From assembly GCA_965662235.1 (NCBI GenBank), contig CBFIGY010000006.1:32001-96000 (forward strand): a DNA stretch of 64,000 bases, in the 5' to 3' direction. Positions 48,715-58,908 of this stretch are shown one piece after another; the first letter of the stretch is position 1; each line of letters begins with the position of its first letter. The notes beneath the pieces are model-generated. The model made no database searches. It saw only the letters and a list, made by a program, of their open reading frames with translations, and had not been told where the DNA came from. This DNA comes from an uncultured bacterium. Lineage in GTDB: Bacteria > SAR324 > NAC60-12. A program made the position numbers and the translations under genes.

Positions 48715-49920
48715 ATGCGCACGGTTTTTCTTCCGCACTGGATTTGGCTGCTGTTGCTGTTGGGGGGGCTGGGGCACTGGCGAGTGGCTTGGGCTCAGGA
48801 CACTCCCGTCGGCATGGGAAGCCTACTGATCATTGCTTTCTCTCCGGAAGAAACTCAGCAGGAGCAGCTGGATCTGACCATCCGGGTCAGTGGCTTTTCT
48901 CCAATCCAGCAGCTGCGCTTCAACGGACGAGCGCTTCAGTTTGAAGGGGCTGGCACGGTGGATGAGCTGGAGGTGACGATTCCAGTGACGCTGGAGCCGG
49001 GAGAGAATGACTTTCGTTTTGAAGCCGTCAGCGCCCAACAGACGCAGCAAAAGGAGTGGAGCATCTTCCGGGAGACCGCAGACGTGAAGCGTCTCGAAGG
49101 CCCCCGCCAAACCTGGAACTGGATCACTCTGCTGGAACGGTCTGTGGACAGCAACGCCGAAAGTGTCCCTGACTCAGAAGAGGCCACCGTTGGGGAGCAG
49201 TGGCGCCTCACTTTTGTCCCACGCTGGACGCACCGTTTTTCCCACCGTTCTCAGGTAAGTGCCCAAGGACTTTTTACCGAAAACCGCTTTGACAACCGGG
49301 ACCTCGTTGGTCAAGAATCTCGACTGCTGCGTTTGGGAGGTGAGTGGCAGTATGGGCAGGCTGAGTCCGGACGCTGGAACACCACCTTCAGCTGGCAGGA
49401 AACTCGGGCAGACAGTCAGGTCTCTGAACGGACCCTCATTGGCAGCATCAGCTGGCAGACTCAGCCTACGTCCGGTTGGGGCGGTGGCTTGACCTGGGAA
49501 CGTCAGGTGCTCGAAGGCGCCAGCGATTCCGGAAAGCAGGGGCGAGAAGATACCCTCACTTGGGACTATGCCTGGATCCGGGACGGCTTCCGGCTCACCG
49601 GGACGCTCTCTGGCGCCCTCAAGGACTACGCGGAAGCGACCAACGACCTGACCGAATACGGGACCTCGGTAAAAACCACCTGGACTCTTGGGGCCTGGAC
49701 TCCGAAACTGAGCTATGCGGCCACCCAGAGTAACTACCACGAAGCCGAGGAAACTCCGGAACAGAGTTTGGAGCACACTCTGACCACCGCCGTGCAGTGG
49801 AAGGCCTGGCCGACGCTGCTGTTTGAGCTCAGTGCCAAGCTGCAGCAAAATGATTCCAATCTTTCCAATGTGGAGTACCAAAAATCCGTCATTGGCCTGA
49901 CCACGACCTGGATTCTGTAA
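48715..49920 (+). CDS. Probable outer-membrane beta-barrel protein with N-terminal Ig-like domain
   Basis: Signal peptide (AWA-Q), VTLEPGEN Ig-like motif, many alternating amphipathic strands, and terminal IGLTTTWIL. Confidence 0.65.
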   Translation: MRTVFLPHWIWLLLLLGGLGHWRVAWAQDTPVGMGSLLIIAFSPEETQQEQLDLTIRVSGFSPIQQLRFNGRALQFEGAGTVDELEVTIPVTLEPGENDFRFEAVSAQQTQQKEWSIFRETADVKRLEGPRQTWNWITLLERSVDSNAESVPDSEEATVGEQWRLTFVPRWTHRFSHRSQVSAQGLFTENRFDNRDLVGQESRLLRLGGEWQYGQAESGRWNTTFSWQETRADSQVSERTLIGSISWQTQPTSGWGGGLTWERQVLEGASDSGKQGREDTLTWDYAWIRDGFRLTGTLSGALKDYAEATNDLTEYGTSVKTTWTLGAWTPKLSYAATQSNYHEAEETPEQSLEHTLTTAVQWKAWPTLLFELSAKLQQNDSNLSNVEYQKSVIGLTTTWIL

Positions 49921-50357
49921 TGCGCCTCAAGCTCAAATGCCACTACCCAGAAGTCACCGTTCCCACGCGCGGACACGCTTCTGACGCAGGCCTCGACCTG
50001 ACAGCCTACCGAGTGGAACCCAAGACCGAGACCGTGTTCCTCTTCGATACCGGTATTTCGGTGCAACCGGAACCCGGCTTCTATACGGAAGTTGTGCCCC
50101 GCTCCAGTGTGATGAAGACCAACTTCATGCTGGCCAACAGCGTGGGCATCATTGACCCGGACTATCGCGGGCGCATCCTGGTGCCGCTCCGCTACCTGGG
50201 CGCTGGAGACGGTGCGGCAGAGGCTCAGGAGCTGCTGGGGCAACGCATTGCGCAGTTGCTGATCCGACGCTTGGAGCCCTGCACCCTAGAGGTCGTTGAG
50301 GAGCTGGACGATTCTGTCCGGGGCACCGGCGGTTTCGGGAGCACCGGCACCCACTGA
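49920..50357 (+). CDS. dut: dUTP diphosphatase
   Basis: AGLDL, PRSS, GIIDPDYRG, RIAQL and RGTGGFGSTG. Confidence 0.96.
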   Translation: MRLKLKCHYPEVTVPTRGHASDAGLDLTAYRVEPKTETVFLFDTGISVQPEPGFYTEVVPRSSVMKTNFMLANSVGIIDPDYRGRILVPLRYLGAGDGAAEAQELLGQRIAQLLIRRLEPCTLEVVEELDDSVRGTGGFGSTGTH

Positions 50358-50388
50358 ATTTTCCTGTATTCCCCCTCTGTTTTTTCAC

Positions 50389-51807
50389 ATGACTCACCCC
50401 CTCAGCCACATTCACTTTTCCGGCATCTGCGGAACCGCCATGGCTTCTCTGGCCGTCCTGCTGCATCACCGCGGGCACCGCATCACCGGTTCCGACCAAA
50501 ACGTGTACCCTCCCATGAGCGACCTGCTGGCGTCAGAAGGCATTCCGGTCGCCAGCGGATATGCTGCCGAGAACCTGCAGGACCGCCCGGACCTCGTGGT
50601 CATTGGCAACGCCCTCTCTCGGGGCAACCCGGAGGTCGAAGCAGCACTGGCCCAGAAGCTCCGTTACGTTTCCATGGCCGAGCTGCTCAAGGAACACTTC
50701 ATCCGGGGCGCCACCTCCCTGGTGGTCACCGGCACCCACGGCAAGACCACGACAACGTCTCTACTCGCCTGGACCCTGCTGCACGCCGGTTGTGATCCCG
50801 GATTCCTCATTGGAGGCATTGCCCGGAACCTCAAAACCAGCTGCCGGGAAGGGCAAGGAGGCTTCTTTGTGACGGAAGGAGACGAGTACGACACCGCCTT
50901 CTTCGACAAGCGCTCCAAGTTCTTCCACTACCTCCCCGACCAGCTCATCCTCAACAACCTGGAGTTTGACCATGCCGACATCTTCGGGTCACTGGAAGAG
51001 ATCCTGCGGTCGTTCCGGCTGCTCCTGCGGCTGGTTCCAGAGACCGGACTGATTGTAGCCAATGGCGACGACCCGAACGTTCAGGAGGTGGTCACACACG
51101 CGTTTTCGCCTGTGGTGACCTTTGGAACCGGAGAGGCCTGTGACGTCCGGGCGCAGGAGCTGACGCTTTCGAGTGAGGGAGAGGAAACAGGGACTCGGTT
51201 TGTCGTGACCCAAAACGGCACGTCTGCGGAGTTCTTTTTGCCGCTTCTGGGGGAACACAATGTCCGAAATGCACTGGGGGTGATTGTCCTAGCACGCCAC
51301 AACGGCCTTTCCGATGCTCAGATTCAGGCCGCCTTCCAGGCGTTTGAGGGCATCAAGCGCCGTTTGGAGCTCCGGGGCGTTGCAGACGGCGTGACCGTTT
51401 ATGATGACTTTGCGCACCACCCCACCGCCATCCGGGAAACCCTTGCCGCTGTGCGCTTGAAGCATCCGGACCAGCGATGCATCGCCATCTTTGAGCCCCG
51501 CTCCAACACTAGCGTTCTCAAGGTTCACCAGCCTGAGCTGGAGCACGCCTTTGGGGCTGCGGACGCGGTTATTTTGACGGTTCCTCACCGTCAGGAACGA
51601 ATTCCGGCGGAGAAGCGGCTCGACATCGAAGCGGTGGTGCAGAGCCTTCAGCATCAGGGAAAAACGGCAGAAGCCTTTCCTGGAGTGCCGGAAATTGTGA
51701 CGCACCTGACGGAACAGGCTCGTCCGGGAGACGTTTTGATTGTGATGAGCAACGGCGGTTTTGGCGGAATCCACACGTTGCTGCTAGACGCGCTCGCTCA
51801 GCGTTAA
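50389..51807 (+). CDS. mpl: Murein peptide ligase Mpl
   Basis: GICGTAM, YPPMS, GTHGKTTT, EGDEYDTAFFDKRSKF, DDFAHHP and MSNGGFGG. Confidence 0.95.
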   Translation: MTHPLSHIHFSGICGTAMASLAVLLHHRGHRITGSDQNVYPPMSDLLASEGIPVASGYAAENLQDRPDLVVIGNALSRGNPEVEAALAQKLRYVSMAELLKEHFIRGATSLVVTGTHGKTTTTSLLAWTLLHAGCDPGFLIGGIARNLKTSCREGQGGFFVTEGDEYDTAFFDKRSKFFHYLPDQLILNNLEFDHADIFGSLEEILRSFRLLLRLVPETGLIVANGDDPNVQEVVTHAFSPVVTFGTGEACDVRAQELTLSSEGEETGTRFVVTQNGTSAEFFLPLLGEHNVRNALGVIVLARHNGLSDAQIQAAFQAFEGIKRRLELRGVADGVTVYDDFAHHPTAIRETLAAVRLKHPDQRCIAIFEPRSNTSVLKVHQPELEHAFGAADAVILTVPHRQERIPAEKRLDIEAVVQSLQHQGKTAEAFPGVPEIVTHLTEQARPGDVLIVMSNGGFGGIHTLLLDALAQR

Positions 51808-51810
51808 ACG

Positions 51811-53880
51811 CTAGACGGCGGCTCGGAGGCGCTCCGCCCAGTCGGCCAAGCGCTGACGAAGGTCTTCCTGTGACGCCCGACTCCGGTGGTGCAGGGCTTC
51901 CAGACTGCGCTGCTCTTCCAGCAACGAACGTCCCAGCTGCGCGGCATTTTCCCGAAACTCCTGCCCCATCTGAGCCAATCCGGCGAGCAGGTAGCGGTGC
52001 AGCAGGTTCTCTTGGTAATTGAACAGGTCAAAGCTGAGGGCCTCTGCCGCATCCTCCTTGAGCTGCTGCTCCAGTCGTTCACGGAGCGCCTGCATCCGTG
52101 CTTCTGGAGACTTGAAGGCTTCGCGTCCCAAGTTGAGGAGGCTTTTGAAGCGTGCTGCGCGGCTGAACTCGAGGGTGGAGGAAAACGTCGGAGGCGGCTG
52201 ATCCGGAAACGAGGGCACCTGTAGAGCACGCTCCCATTCCACTTCTGCAAACGGAACTTCTGCCGACAGCAGGGTGGCAAACGCTTGACGCATCTGCGTC
52301 AATCCTTCTTCAAAGGATCCGGCTAACTGACGCAGCCGTGCCAGCAGTCCCGGATTGATCTCTTCTGCCAGAAAGCGCAGCTGCCGTTGCCGCAGGTCCT
52401 GATACGCCTCCAGCCCCAACGCGCCCGGAAGCTCCAGCGCCACCTCTCGGAGCCGAATCTGCGAGCCCCAGGAAGCTGGCAGTTGGTACTGTTCCTGAAA
52501 GCGCTGCAGCTGCTGAAGTGGGCTCTGGCGTCCTTCGTGAAGAAAGGTCCGGACCTGCTCCTTGAGGGCGTCTCGCTGGGCGGAGAGCTTCTGTTCCAGC
52601 ATGGCTTCCAGGGTGTGGAGGAGTTGTTCCAGACCGGACTCCGTCAGGCGGCCTAGGGGCATCTGGGCCTGACGTGCTTCCAGTGAATCCTGGGCCTGCT
52701 GCACCCACACAAGCACCCGCTGGGTCAGGGTCCGGAGGTGCTGCTGCTCGGTGCGCCGTAGCGCTGCCTGTCGGTGGGCCTGCCAGTTTTCCAGCGTTTG
52801 GGTCAGGTCGGTCCAGCCCTGCCGGTGCCGCTCAATCAGCTCCGGTGTCTGTTCCCAGAGCTGCAGCCTCAAGGCTTCCGTGGGACCCTGCGGCAATTCC
52901 TGCAGCAACTGATAGAGCGCAGAGACAGCGAGCACCGGCTGCGTTGTCTTCCACGCCCGGAGTTCCTGCTGCACAGACTGCCGCACCCGTTCGGCATCTT
53001 GCAGAGAGTCGTGTTCTCCCAGATCAAGGTTGAGGACAAAAACCGTGTGCTCAAGCAGCCCCAACTCGCGCAACACCCCGAGCAACCGAAGATCGGCCTC
53101 GCGTAGGCCTGTTCGGGAGCTGAGCACATAAAGCACTGCGGTGGTGCCCGCCAGGTATTCCTGTACCCGCAGCAGGTGGAGCGGGTTGGGAGAATCGCTG
53201 CCCTGACAGTCAGCCAACTCCAGCCCAAGGGGAAGCCCCGGAACCCGCAGCAGCACTCCGGCAAGGAATGCCGCGGTTTCGTCTCGGCTGACCCAGTCCT
53301 GGTGCTGCTGGGCCGCGTCACCTGACCAGAGGAGCGGCTTGGGGTCTTCCTGAAGCCAGGGCTGCATTTCTGGCCACCCCTTCTGCAGGCACTGAAGCAG
53401 CCGGCGGTCTTCTTCCAACGCAGGGACTTCCTGAGGAAGCCGGTCCAGCCAATCCGGAAGTGCCCCCAGAAGGGCCTCCAGCGAGTCCGGAGGATTCCAA
53501 GGAACTTCTAGGGCGCGGGCCAGTCGAGCCGAAGCTCGGGCCGCTTCCGCCGTCAGTTCCGGAAGAGGACGCAGCTGGATTTCCGCCTGAAACGCCTTTC
53601 CTGTCCGGACTCGCGTGACTGCAGAGGTGAGGATTCCGGCCCCGCGTTTCACCAGGTCTTGACCCACCAAGGCATTGACTAGGGTCGATTTCCCGGATTT
53701 GACGGTTCCAATCACGGCCACCCGCAGGTAGGCTTCCTGTTGGCGCTGGAGGGAGCGGTCAAGCTGCTGGCACCACTGCGGCACCGTTGCTTGAGCCTCA
53801 GGGAGGAGTTCAGCCAGTTCAGTCAGAAGAGGCTTCAGTCGTTCAGGCTCCGGGCACGGGGAGGACAAGGGGTTTCGCAT
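51811..53880 (-). CDS. Bacterial dynamin-like GTPase
   Basis: GTVKSGKSTLVNAL P-loop, LTSAVT, variant G3 LADCQG and G4 VLNLD, with a long helical stalk; start uncertain (53880-53937). Confidence 0.8.
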   Translation of the reverse strand: MRNPLSSPCPEPERLKPLLTELAELLPEAQATVPQWCQQLDRSLQRQQEAYLRVAVIGTVKSGKSTLVNALVGQDLVKRGAGILTSAVTRVRTGKAFQAEIQLRPLPELTAEAARASARLARALEVPWNPPDSLEALLGALPDWLDRLPQEVPALEEDRRLLQCLQKGWPEMQPWLQEDPKPLLWSGDAAQQHQDWVSRDETAAFLAGVLLRVPGLPLGLELADCQGSDSPNPLHLLRVQEYLAGTTAVLYVLSSRTGLREADLRLLGVLRELGLLEHTVFVLNLDLGEHDSLQDAERVRQSVQQELRAWKTTQPVLAVSALYQLLQELPQGPTEALRLQLWEQTPELIERHRQGWTDLTQTLENWQAHRQAALRRTEQQHLRTLTQRVLVWVQQAQDSLEARQAQMPLGRLTESGLEQLLHTLEAMLEQKLSAQRDALKEQVRTFLHEGRQSPLQQLQRFQEQYQLPASWGSQIRLREVALELPGALGLEAYQDLRQRQLRFLAEEINPGLLARLRQLAGSFEEGLTQMRQAFATLLSAEVPFAEVEWERALQVPSFPDQPPPTFSSTLEFSRAARFKSLLNLGREAFKSPEARMQALRERLEQQLKEDAAEALSFDLFNYQENLLHRYLLAGLAQMGQEFRENAAQLGRSLLEEQRSLEALHHRSRASQEDLRQRLADWAERLRAAV

Positions 53881-53967
53881 CTCGGGTGGTCGCAGGATCA
53901 TCGGGCTTCGCGGAGCCTTCAAACTAGCAAACTTCAACCGATTCGCAAGTAGACGGCTTACTCGTTG

Positions 53968-54012
53968 CAGGGAAATTCCCTGTTTGCTCTTCGATTAAGG
54001 GTATGATAAATT
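53968..54012 (+). promoter_or_regulatory. Candidate promoter for the M23-bactofilin operon with upstream inverted repeat
   Basis: CAGGGAA-A-TTCCCTG (53968-53982), then TTGCTC-17 nt-TAAATT with an extended TG. Confidence 0.45.
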
Positions 54013-54055
54013 CAACTGCTTTGAAGACCTACCTTAAAACGCGCATTATCTCTGC

Positions 54056-55396
54056 ATGAAAAGTTTCTCCATCGTTTTACTTAGAAAGTCCGGGCGTGGG
54101 GTGAACCAGTGGTTCATCAGCTCCAAGATCATCGCTGTCCTCGGGCTTTTGCTCTTAGCTGGTGGAGGACGCCTTGGCTTCCTTTTTTATCAGCAGGATC
54201 AGCTTCTTAAGAAGCAACAAACCATCATACTCGAACAAGAATCTGCCCAGGCGGAGCTGCAACGGAAGCTCGATCTGTACGACGGACGGGAGTCCCGCAT
54301 TCAGTTTCTTGAGGATTATGTTGAGGAGCTGAAGCAAACCGCCTACAACAGCGAAACCGCCTACAAGAAGCACTTGGCCCTCACGAAAGCGGCGACGGAT
54401 CAGCTTCAGGAACTCCACGACCTGATGTGTGAGCGCCTGCAGGCCAGTTGTCCTCCCAACCCCTATGATCCGGAAGATTCACGTCAGCACGTCCTCTGGC
54501 TCACACAGATTCAGCAGAACCTCGACATGCTGAGCACCCGGTTCCGGGATGCCCTAGCCAGCCGGGAAACTTATGAAGAGCAGGCCGGACGCATTGAGCA
54601 GCTCAAGGCGCAGCTGGCCAAGGCCGAGCAGGACCTGGCTGAGCACATGACCTACCTGCAGGCCCGGAGTGCCACCGTTGAGCGCCTTGCGGAGCGCATC
54701 ACCAACACCACCGGCATCAACCTCACCGGCGAAGCGGCCGGCTTGCAGCGGGCTAAGGGAAGCGAAGGCAACCGCGGTGGTCCTACCTTGGAAGACCGCA
54801 TGTCGTTGGAAAATCCGGATGACTTTGTGCAGCAGGGACGCCTCCGGGACTTCCTTTATGCCAACTCCTTCGAGTACGAAAATTTTGTCCGAGAATTTGA
54901 GGACCTGAGCCAGATGGTCGCTCAGAACGAAACCTACTGGCGGCAGACCCCAACTTCGATTCCAGTCCGGAGCCGGTTGCTTTCCGACCGTTACGGACTA
55001 CGGGTGGACCCATTCACCAAGAAGCGCGCCTTTCACTCTGGCCTCGACTTCACGGCCCGCACAGGCACCAAGGTTTATGCTCCAGCGGACGGATTGGTGC
55101 GCATCGCCAAAAGCCACTTTGGTTACGGGTTGCTGGTGGAGCTTGACCATGGCCGGGGCTTCATGCCGGGAAAACGCCAAACGGTTCGTTACCGGACCCG
55201 ATATGGCCACCTCTCTCGGATCCTTGTCAAGAAGGGGCAGCGCGTCAAACGTGGGGATCTATTGGGGCTCGTTGGCAGCACCGGACGCAGCACTGGTCCG
55301 CACCTGCACTACGAAGTGCTCATCAACAACCGGAACGCAGACCCGCTGCTGGCCATTTCTCGCTTCAACCCCGGCAGTCGCCTCTACGTCCGTTAA
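54056..55396 (+). CDS. M23 family peptidoglycan endopeptidase with transmembrane helix and coiled coil
   Basis: HSGLD, YGHLS and STGPHLHYEV. Confidence 0.93.
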   Translation: MKSFSIVLLRKSGRGVNQWFISSKIIAVLGLLLLAGGGRLGFLFYQQDQLLKKQQTIILEQESAQAELQRKLDLYDGRESRIQFLEDYVEELKQTAYNSETAYKKHLALTKAATDQLQELHDLMCERLQASCPPNPYDPEDSRQHVLWLTQIQQNLDMLSTRFRDALASRETYEEQAGRIEQLKAQLAKAEQDLAEHMTYLQARSATVERLAERITNTTGINLTGEAAGLQRAKGSEGNRGGPTLEDRMSLENPDDFVQQGRLRDFLYANSFEYENFVREFEDLSQMVAQNETYWRQTPTSIPVRSRLLSDRYGLRVDPFTKKRAFHSGLDFTARTGTKVYAPADGLVRIAKSHFGYGLLVELDHGRGFMPGKRQTVRYRTRYGHLSRILVKKGQRVKRGDLLGLVGSTGRSTGPHLHYEVLINNRNADPLLAISRFNPGSRLYVR

Positions 55397-55399
55397 GAC

Positions 55400-55747
55400 A
55401 TGAACAACAAATCACTGGGTTTGCTGGCGGAAGACCTGTTTCTTGAAGGAAACATCGACTGCGGGGAGCAGATCGTCATCAACGGCGAAATTCACGGCAC
55501 CATCACCGGCCGTGGCGAGATTCTGGTGGGACAGTCCGGGCGCATCCGCGGGGACTTGGATGGTGACACCGTGACCATCGCCGGCAAGATGGAGGGCAAC
55601 ATGTTCATTCATGAGCAGCTGGAAGTCGCGGCCACCGGAAACGTGATGGGGCACATTCAGGTCAAACCCGGACGCATGATCATCCGTGAAGGCGCCCTCG
55701 TTCAGGGAGATTGTCAGTTTCTGAAAGAGCAGGACCGCAGCGCATGA
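55400..55747 (+). CDS. Bactofilin (polymer-forming cytoskeletal protein)
   Basis: Repeating beta-helix pattern (EGNI, NGEIHGTI, VGQSGRIRGDL, IAGKMEGNM); follows the M23 gene. Confidence 0.9.
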   Translation: MNNKSLGLLAEDLFLEGNIDCGEQIVINGEIHGTITGRGEILVGQSGRIRGDLDGDTVTIAGKMEGNMFIHEQLEVAATGNVMGHIQVKPGRMIIREGALVQGDCQFLKEQDRSA

Positions 55748-56193
55748 ACCTCCACCGCAACCGCCTTCTGCAGGGACAGCAGAGCCACCGGAGCCGCCCC
55801 GCGAGCCCCACGACGGTGGTGCGCAAGGACGACCGGGTGCTGTACATCCGGGGCCTCTTTGCACCGCCCAAGGAGCAGGAGCCGGATACCTTCCGCAAGA
55901 CTCAGGAATCAGAGGAATGGCGACAGTTGTTTTCCATTGGGCTGCTGCTGTCCTTCGGTTTGATCGTGGGGATCATCTCGGTGGTTGGAGACTACGGACT
56001 CTGGAGCCGCGGACAGATGACGGACCGCAAGGTCCAGCTGGAGGAGGAAATCTCAGAACTCCGGCACCAAAAAGCTCAGCTCCGGCAGGAAATTGTGGCG
56101 CTGCGTGAAAGCCCAGCCTACCTGGAACAGGTCGCTCGGCAGGAGCTCGGGCTGGTGGGAAAAAAAGACCACATCTACCTCGTTTTCCCCTGA
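55744..56193 (+). CDS. Septum formation initiator FtsB/DivIC family
   Basis: Transmembrane helix, GDYGL, leucine zipper and YLEQVARQELGLV. Confidence 0.87.
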   Translation: MNLHRNRLLQGQQSHRSRPASPTTVVRKDDRVLYIRGLFAPPKEQEPDTFRKTQESEEWRQLFSIGLLLSFGLIVGIISVVGDYGLWSRGQMTDRKVQLEEEISELRHQKAQLRQEIVALRESPAYLEQVARQELGLVGKKDHIYLVFP

Positions 56194-56229
56194 TCGCTTC
56201 TCACGAAGCTCCTCCAGCCCATTTGCCTG

Positions 56230-56886
56230 ATGACGGAAGCCCTAATCGTCTGTAACGGCACCCCTCCCTCTTCTCAACTCCTGCACGCCCACTGGAACCG
56301 TGTCGCCCTCCGGGTGGCCGCCGATGGAGGCGCCAATGCCTTGTTTCAGCAGGGGCTGCTTCCGGATGTCGTGGTCGGCGACCTAGATTCTCTGCACCCG
56401 GCCCCCCGAGAGCGCCTTCAGCCCGAACAGCTCATCCACCTTCAGGATCAGGATACCAACGATGCTGACAAGGCAATCGCCTACTGCTGTCAGCAGGGCA
56501 TGGAGCAGATCCACCTGCTGGGCGCCGAAGGTCAACGGGCCGATCAGTTTCTGGCGAACCTGGAGGTGATGCTCAAGTACTCGAAACGCGCTCGGGTGCT
56601 GCTCTGGACGGAACGGGAGCGCTGCGAGTTCCTCCACGAGTTCTGGGAAGAAACCCTCCCGGTTGGCACCACGGTTTCCCTGCTCCCGATCTTCGGAGGA
56701 GCAGCGGGCATCCACACGCAGGGGTTGGCGTATGCCCTAAGCAACGCGAGCCTGCTTCCCGGACGTCCTCCGACCGGCGTTTCCAATCAGACCACGGCCC
56801 CTGAAGTGTCCGTCCGGTTGACCTCCGGACAGCTGCTCCTTACGGTGGCACACCCGGCTGCAGGTGCTTCCAGCCTTGCGCATTGA
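56230..56886 (+). CDS. thiN: Thiamine pyrophosphokinase
   Basis: AADGGA, VVGDLDS, DQDTNDADKA, GQRADQ and GVSN. Confidence 0.92.
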   Translation: MTEALIVCNGTPPSSQLLHAHWNRVALRVAADGGANALFQQGLLPDVVVGDLDSLHPAPRERLQPEQLIHLQDQDTNDADKAIAYCCQQGMEQIHLLGAEGQRADQFLANLEVMLKYSKRARVLLWTERERCEFLHEFWEETLPVGTTVSLLPIFGGAAGIHTQGLAYALSNASLLPGRPPTGVSNQTTAPEVSVRLTSGQLLLTVAHPAAGASSLAH

Positions 56887-56959
56887 GGACGGGCTCAGGA
56901 CAATGCCTCACAATGCTTTTTCGACCCTTTCTGAAGACGCTTGCTGACGAGACGGCCCT

Positions 56960-57364
56960 ATGGATGGACAACGCAAGATCCTCATCGCGGCTGCCGCTGT
57001 TGCAGGGCTCGTTTTAGTGTGGCTGGGGCTGCAGAACTCCGGCCGCTCGCACCTGCTGGGCACGAACAATCCCGACGCCAAGAGTGAACCGTTCCGGAGC
57101 TGTGACCCGGCGATTGAGGAGGCTGTTGGAGAAAGCCTGAAGTTCAGTGTCCTGACCACTGCTGTGATTGAAACTCCCGAGGGCCTGAACGTCTACCGCG
57201 GGTTCACATCGTCCTCAGGCACGGGGGAAGCCCTGTGCAAGGTCCGGAATGGCACCGTGGAAATTGAGCTGAACCCAGGACCTCCTCCGCCTGCCGAAGA
57301 GGCTCCTCCTCAAAAGGGGGACCTTCCTCCGGCACCACCGGCAGAGCCTCCTCCGGCCAACTAA
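56960..57364 (+). CDS. Hypothetical membrane-anchored protein with Pro-rich C-terminus
   Basis: N-terminal transmembrane helix, two cysteines, PPPA repeats. Confidence 0.65.
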   Translation: MDGQRKILIAAAAVAGLVLVWLGLQNSGRSHLLGTNNPDAKSEPFRSCDPAIEEAVGESLKFSVLTTAVIETPEGLNVYRGFTSSSGTGEALCKVRNGTVEIELNPGPPPPAEEAPPQKGDLPPAPPAEPPPAN

Positions 57365-57408
57365 CAAGGCTGCCGGCCTTGCCTGACCTTCTTTTACAAG
57401 GAACCTCC

Positions 57409-58908
57409 ATGTCGCTGCGAACCCACTCCCTAGTTGACCGGATTCAAGAACAGGCTCAAAGCAAAGGGGACCAAACCGCCTTTGTCTGCGGAACCGATGC
57501 TCTGACGTTTGCCGACTACGCGGATCAAGTGCTCCGGGCAGCCGCAGGGCTCCGAGCACAGGGATTGGCGCCCGGAGATCGCGTTGCAGTGCTGCTGGAC
57601 AACGGATTGGAGACGGCGGTCGCGTACGGCGCGTGTATGGCCGCAGGGCTGATTGCGGTGGGCCTCAACACCCGTACGGCCGCAGAGGAGATGGCTCAGG
57701 TGCTGGAGATCACCACTCCCCGCCTGCTTCTTTCTCAGGAGCGCTTTTTGGAGACCACGCAGGTGCTGCAAAAAACGGTTCCGCAGCAGGTGCGGGTTGA
57801 CGGCTCCGGAGCCTCTTGGAAGGAACTGCTTGCCCATGCGCCGCTTGCGGATCCAGCTACGGATCCGACGCAAGGGTGCGTCATCATCCCCACTGCAGCG
57901 GTGGGAGGCGTCCCCAAAGGGGCGTTGCTGAGTCAGCAGAACCTCCAAGCCGCCTGCCAGGTTCACCTGCTTCACTTTGGTGCCGACGCCCTGTCCGGTC
58001 ACTTGGGAGTGATGCCGCTGTTTCATGTGATGGGGTTGACGTCGCTGTGGGCGTCGTTTCTCTGTGGTGGCAAGACCGTTTTGCTGCCTCAGTTTGACCC
58101 GCAGGTCTCGGTTCAGGCCATTGACCAGCACCAGCTGACCTACTTCGGCTCCTTTCCACCCATCCTGGGGCGCATTTTGGAGGCTGCCCAAGAGTCGGGC
58201 TCTGTGCTTCCGAGCCTGAAGCTCGTCTATGGACTGGAAGGCCCGGACGGCATCCAGCGTTTGCATCAGGAAACTCAGGCGACGTTCTGGACCGGGTTTG
58301 GCCAGGCTGAAACCAGTGCCTTTGTCACGGTTGCTCCAGCCACTGAGCGTCCGGGCTCATCTGGGCGGGCCAGCTGGATCAACTCGGTTGCTGTGGTCAA
58401 CGAAGCCGATGAACGGCTTCCGGCTGGAGAGGCGGGAGAGATTGTTGTCCGTGGGGAAAACATCATGCTGGAGTACTGGGGACACCCTGAGGCGACCGCT
58501 CACGTTTTCCGGAATGACTGGCACCACACGGGAGACATCGGTCGTTTGGATGCCGACGGCTACCTGCACTATGTCAAGCGCAAGGCTGAGAAGGAGCTCA
58601 TCAAGACCGGAGGTGAAAATGTGTATCCGGGAGAGGTGGAAGCCGTTCTGCTGCGTCATCCAGATGTGGCTGCCGCGTGTGTGATTGGGGTGCCGGATGC
58701 GACTTGGGGAGAGTCGGTGAAGGCGCTTTGTGTCCGGAAGCCGGGGGCGACGGTGGAGGCTGAAGCGCTCCGAGCATTTGTCGGGAGCCAGATTGCAGGC
58801 TTCAAGCGTCCACGCCTGATCGAGTTTGTCCCGGAGTTACCGGGACAGGAGGCGGGCGAGATTGACCGTGAGGCGGTCAAGGCTCAGTATGGCGCTCAAT
58901 CTGCTTGA
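57409..58908 (+). CDS. AMP-binding acyl-CoA synthetase
   Basis: [31 protein letters not shown] and GESVKA; variant P-loop [10 protein letters not shown]. Confidence 0.9.
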   Translation: MSLRTHSLVDRIQEQAQSKGDQTAFVCGTDALTFADYADQVLRAAAGLRAQGLAPGDRVAVLLDNGLETAVAYGACMAAGLIAVGLNTRTAAEEMAQVLEITTPRLLLSQERFLETTQVLQKTVPQQVRVDGSGASWKELLAHAPLADPATDPTQGCVIIPTAAVGGVPKGALLSQQNLQAACQVHLLHFGADALSGHLGVMPLFHVMGLTSLWASFLCGGKTVLLPQFDPQVSVQAIDQHQLTYFGSFPPILGRILEAAQESGSVLPSLKLVYGLEGPDGIQRLHQETQATFWTGFGQAETSAFVTVAPATERPGSSGRASWINSVAVVNEADERLPAGEAGEIVVRGENIMLEYWGHPEATAHVFRNDWHHTGDIGRLDADGYLHYVKRKAEKELIKTGGENVYPGEVEAVLLRHPDVAAACVIGVPDATWGESVKALCVRKPGATVEAEALRAFVGSQIAGFKRPRLIEFVPELPGQEAGEIDREAVKAQYGAQSA

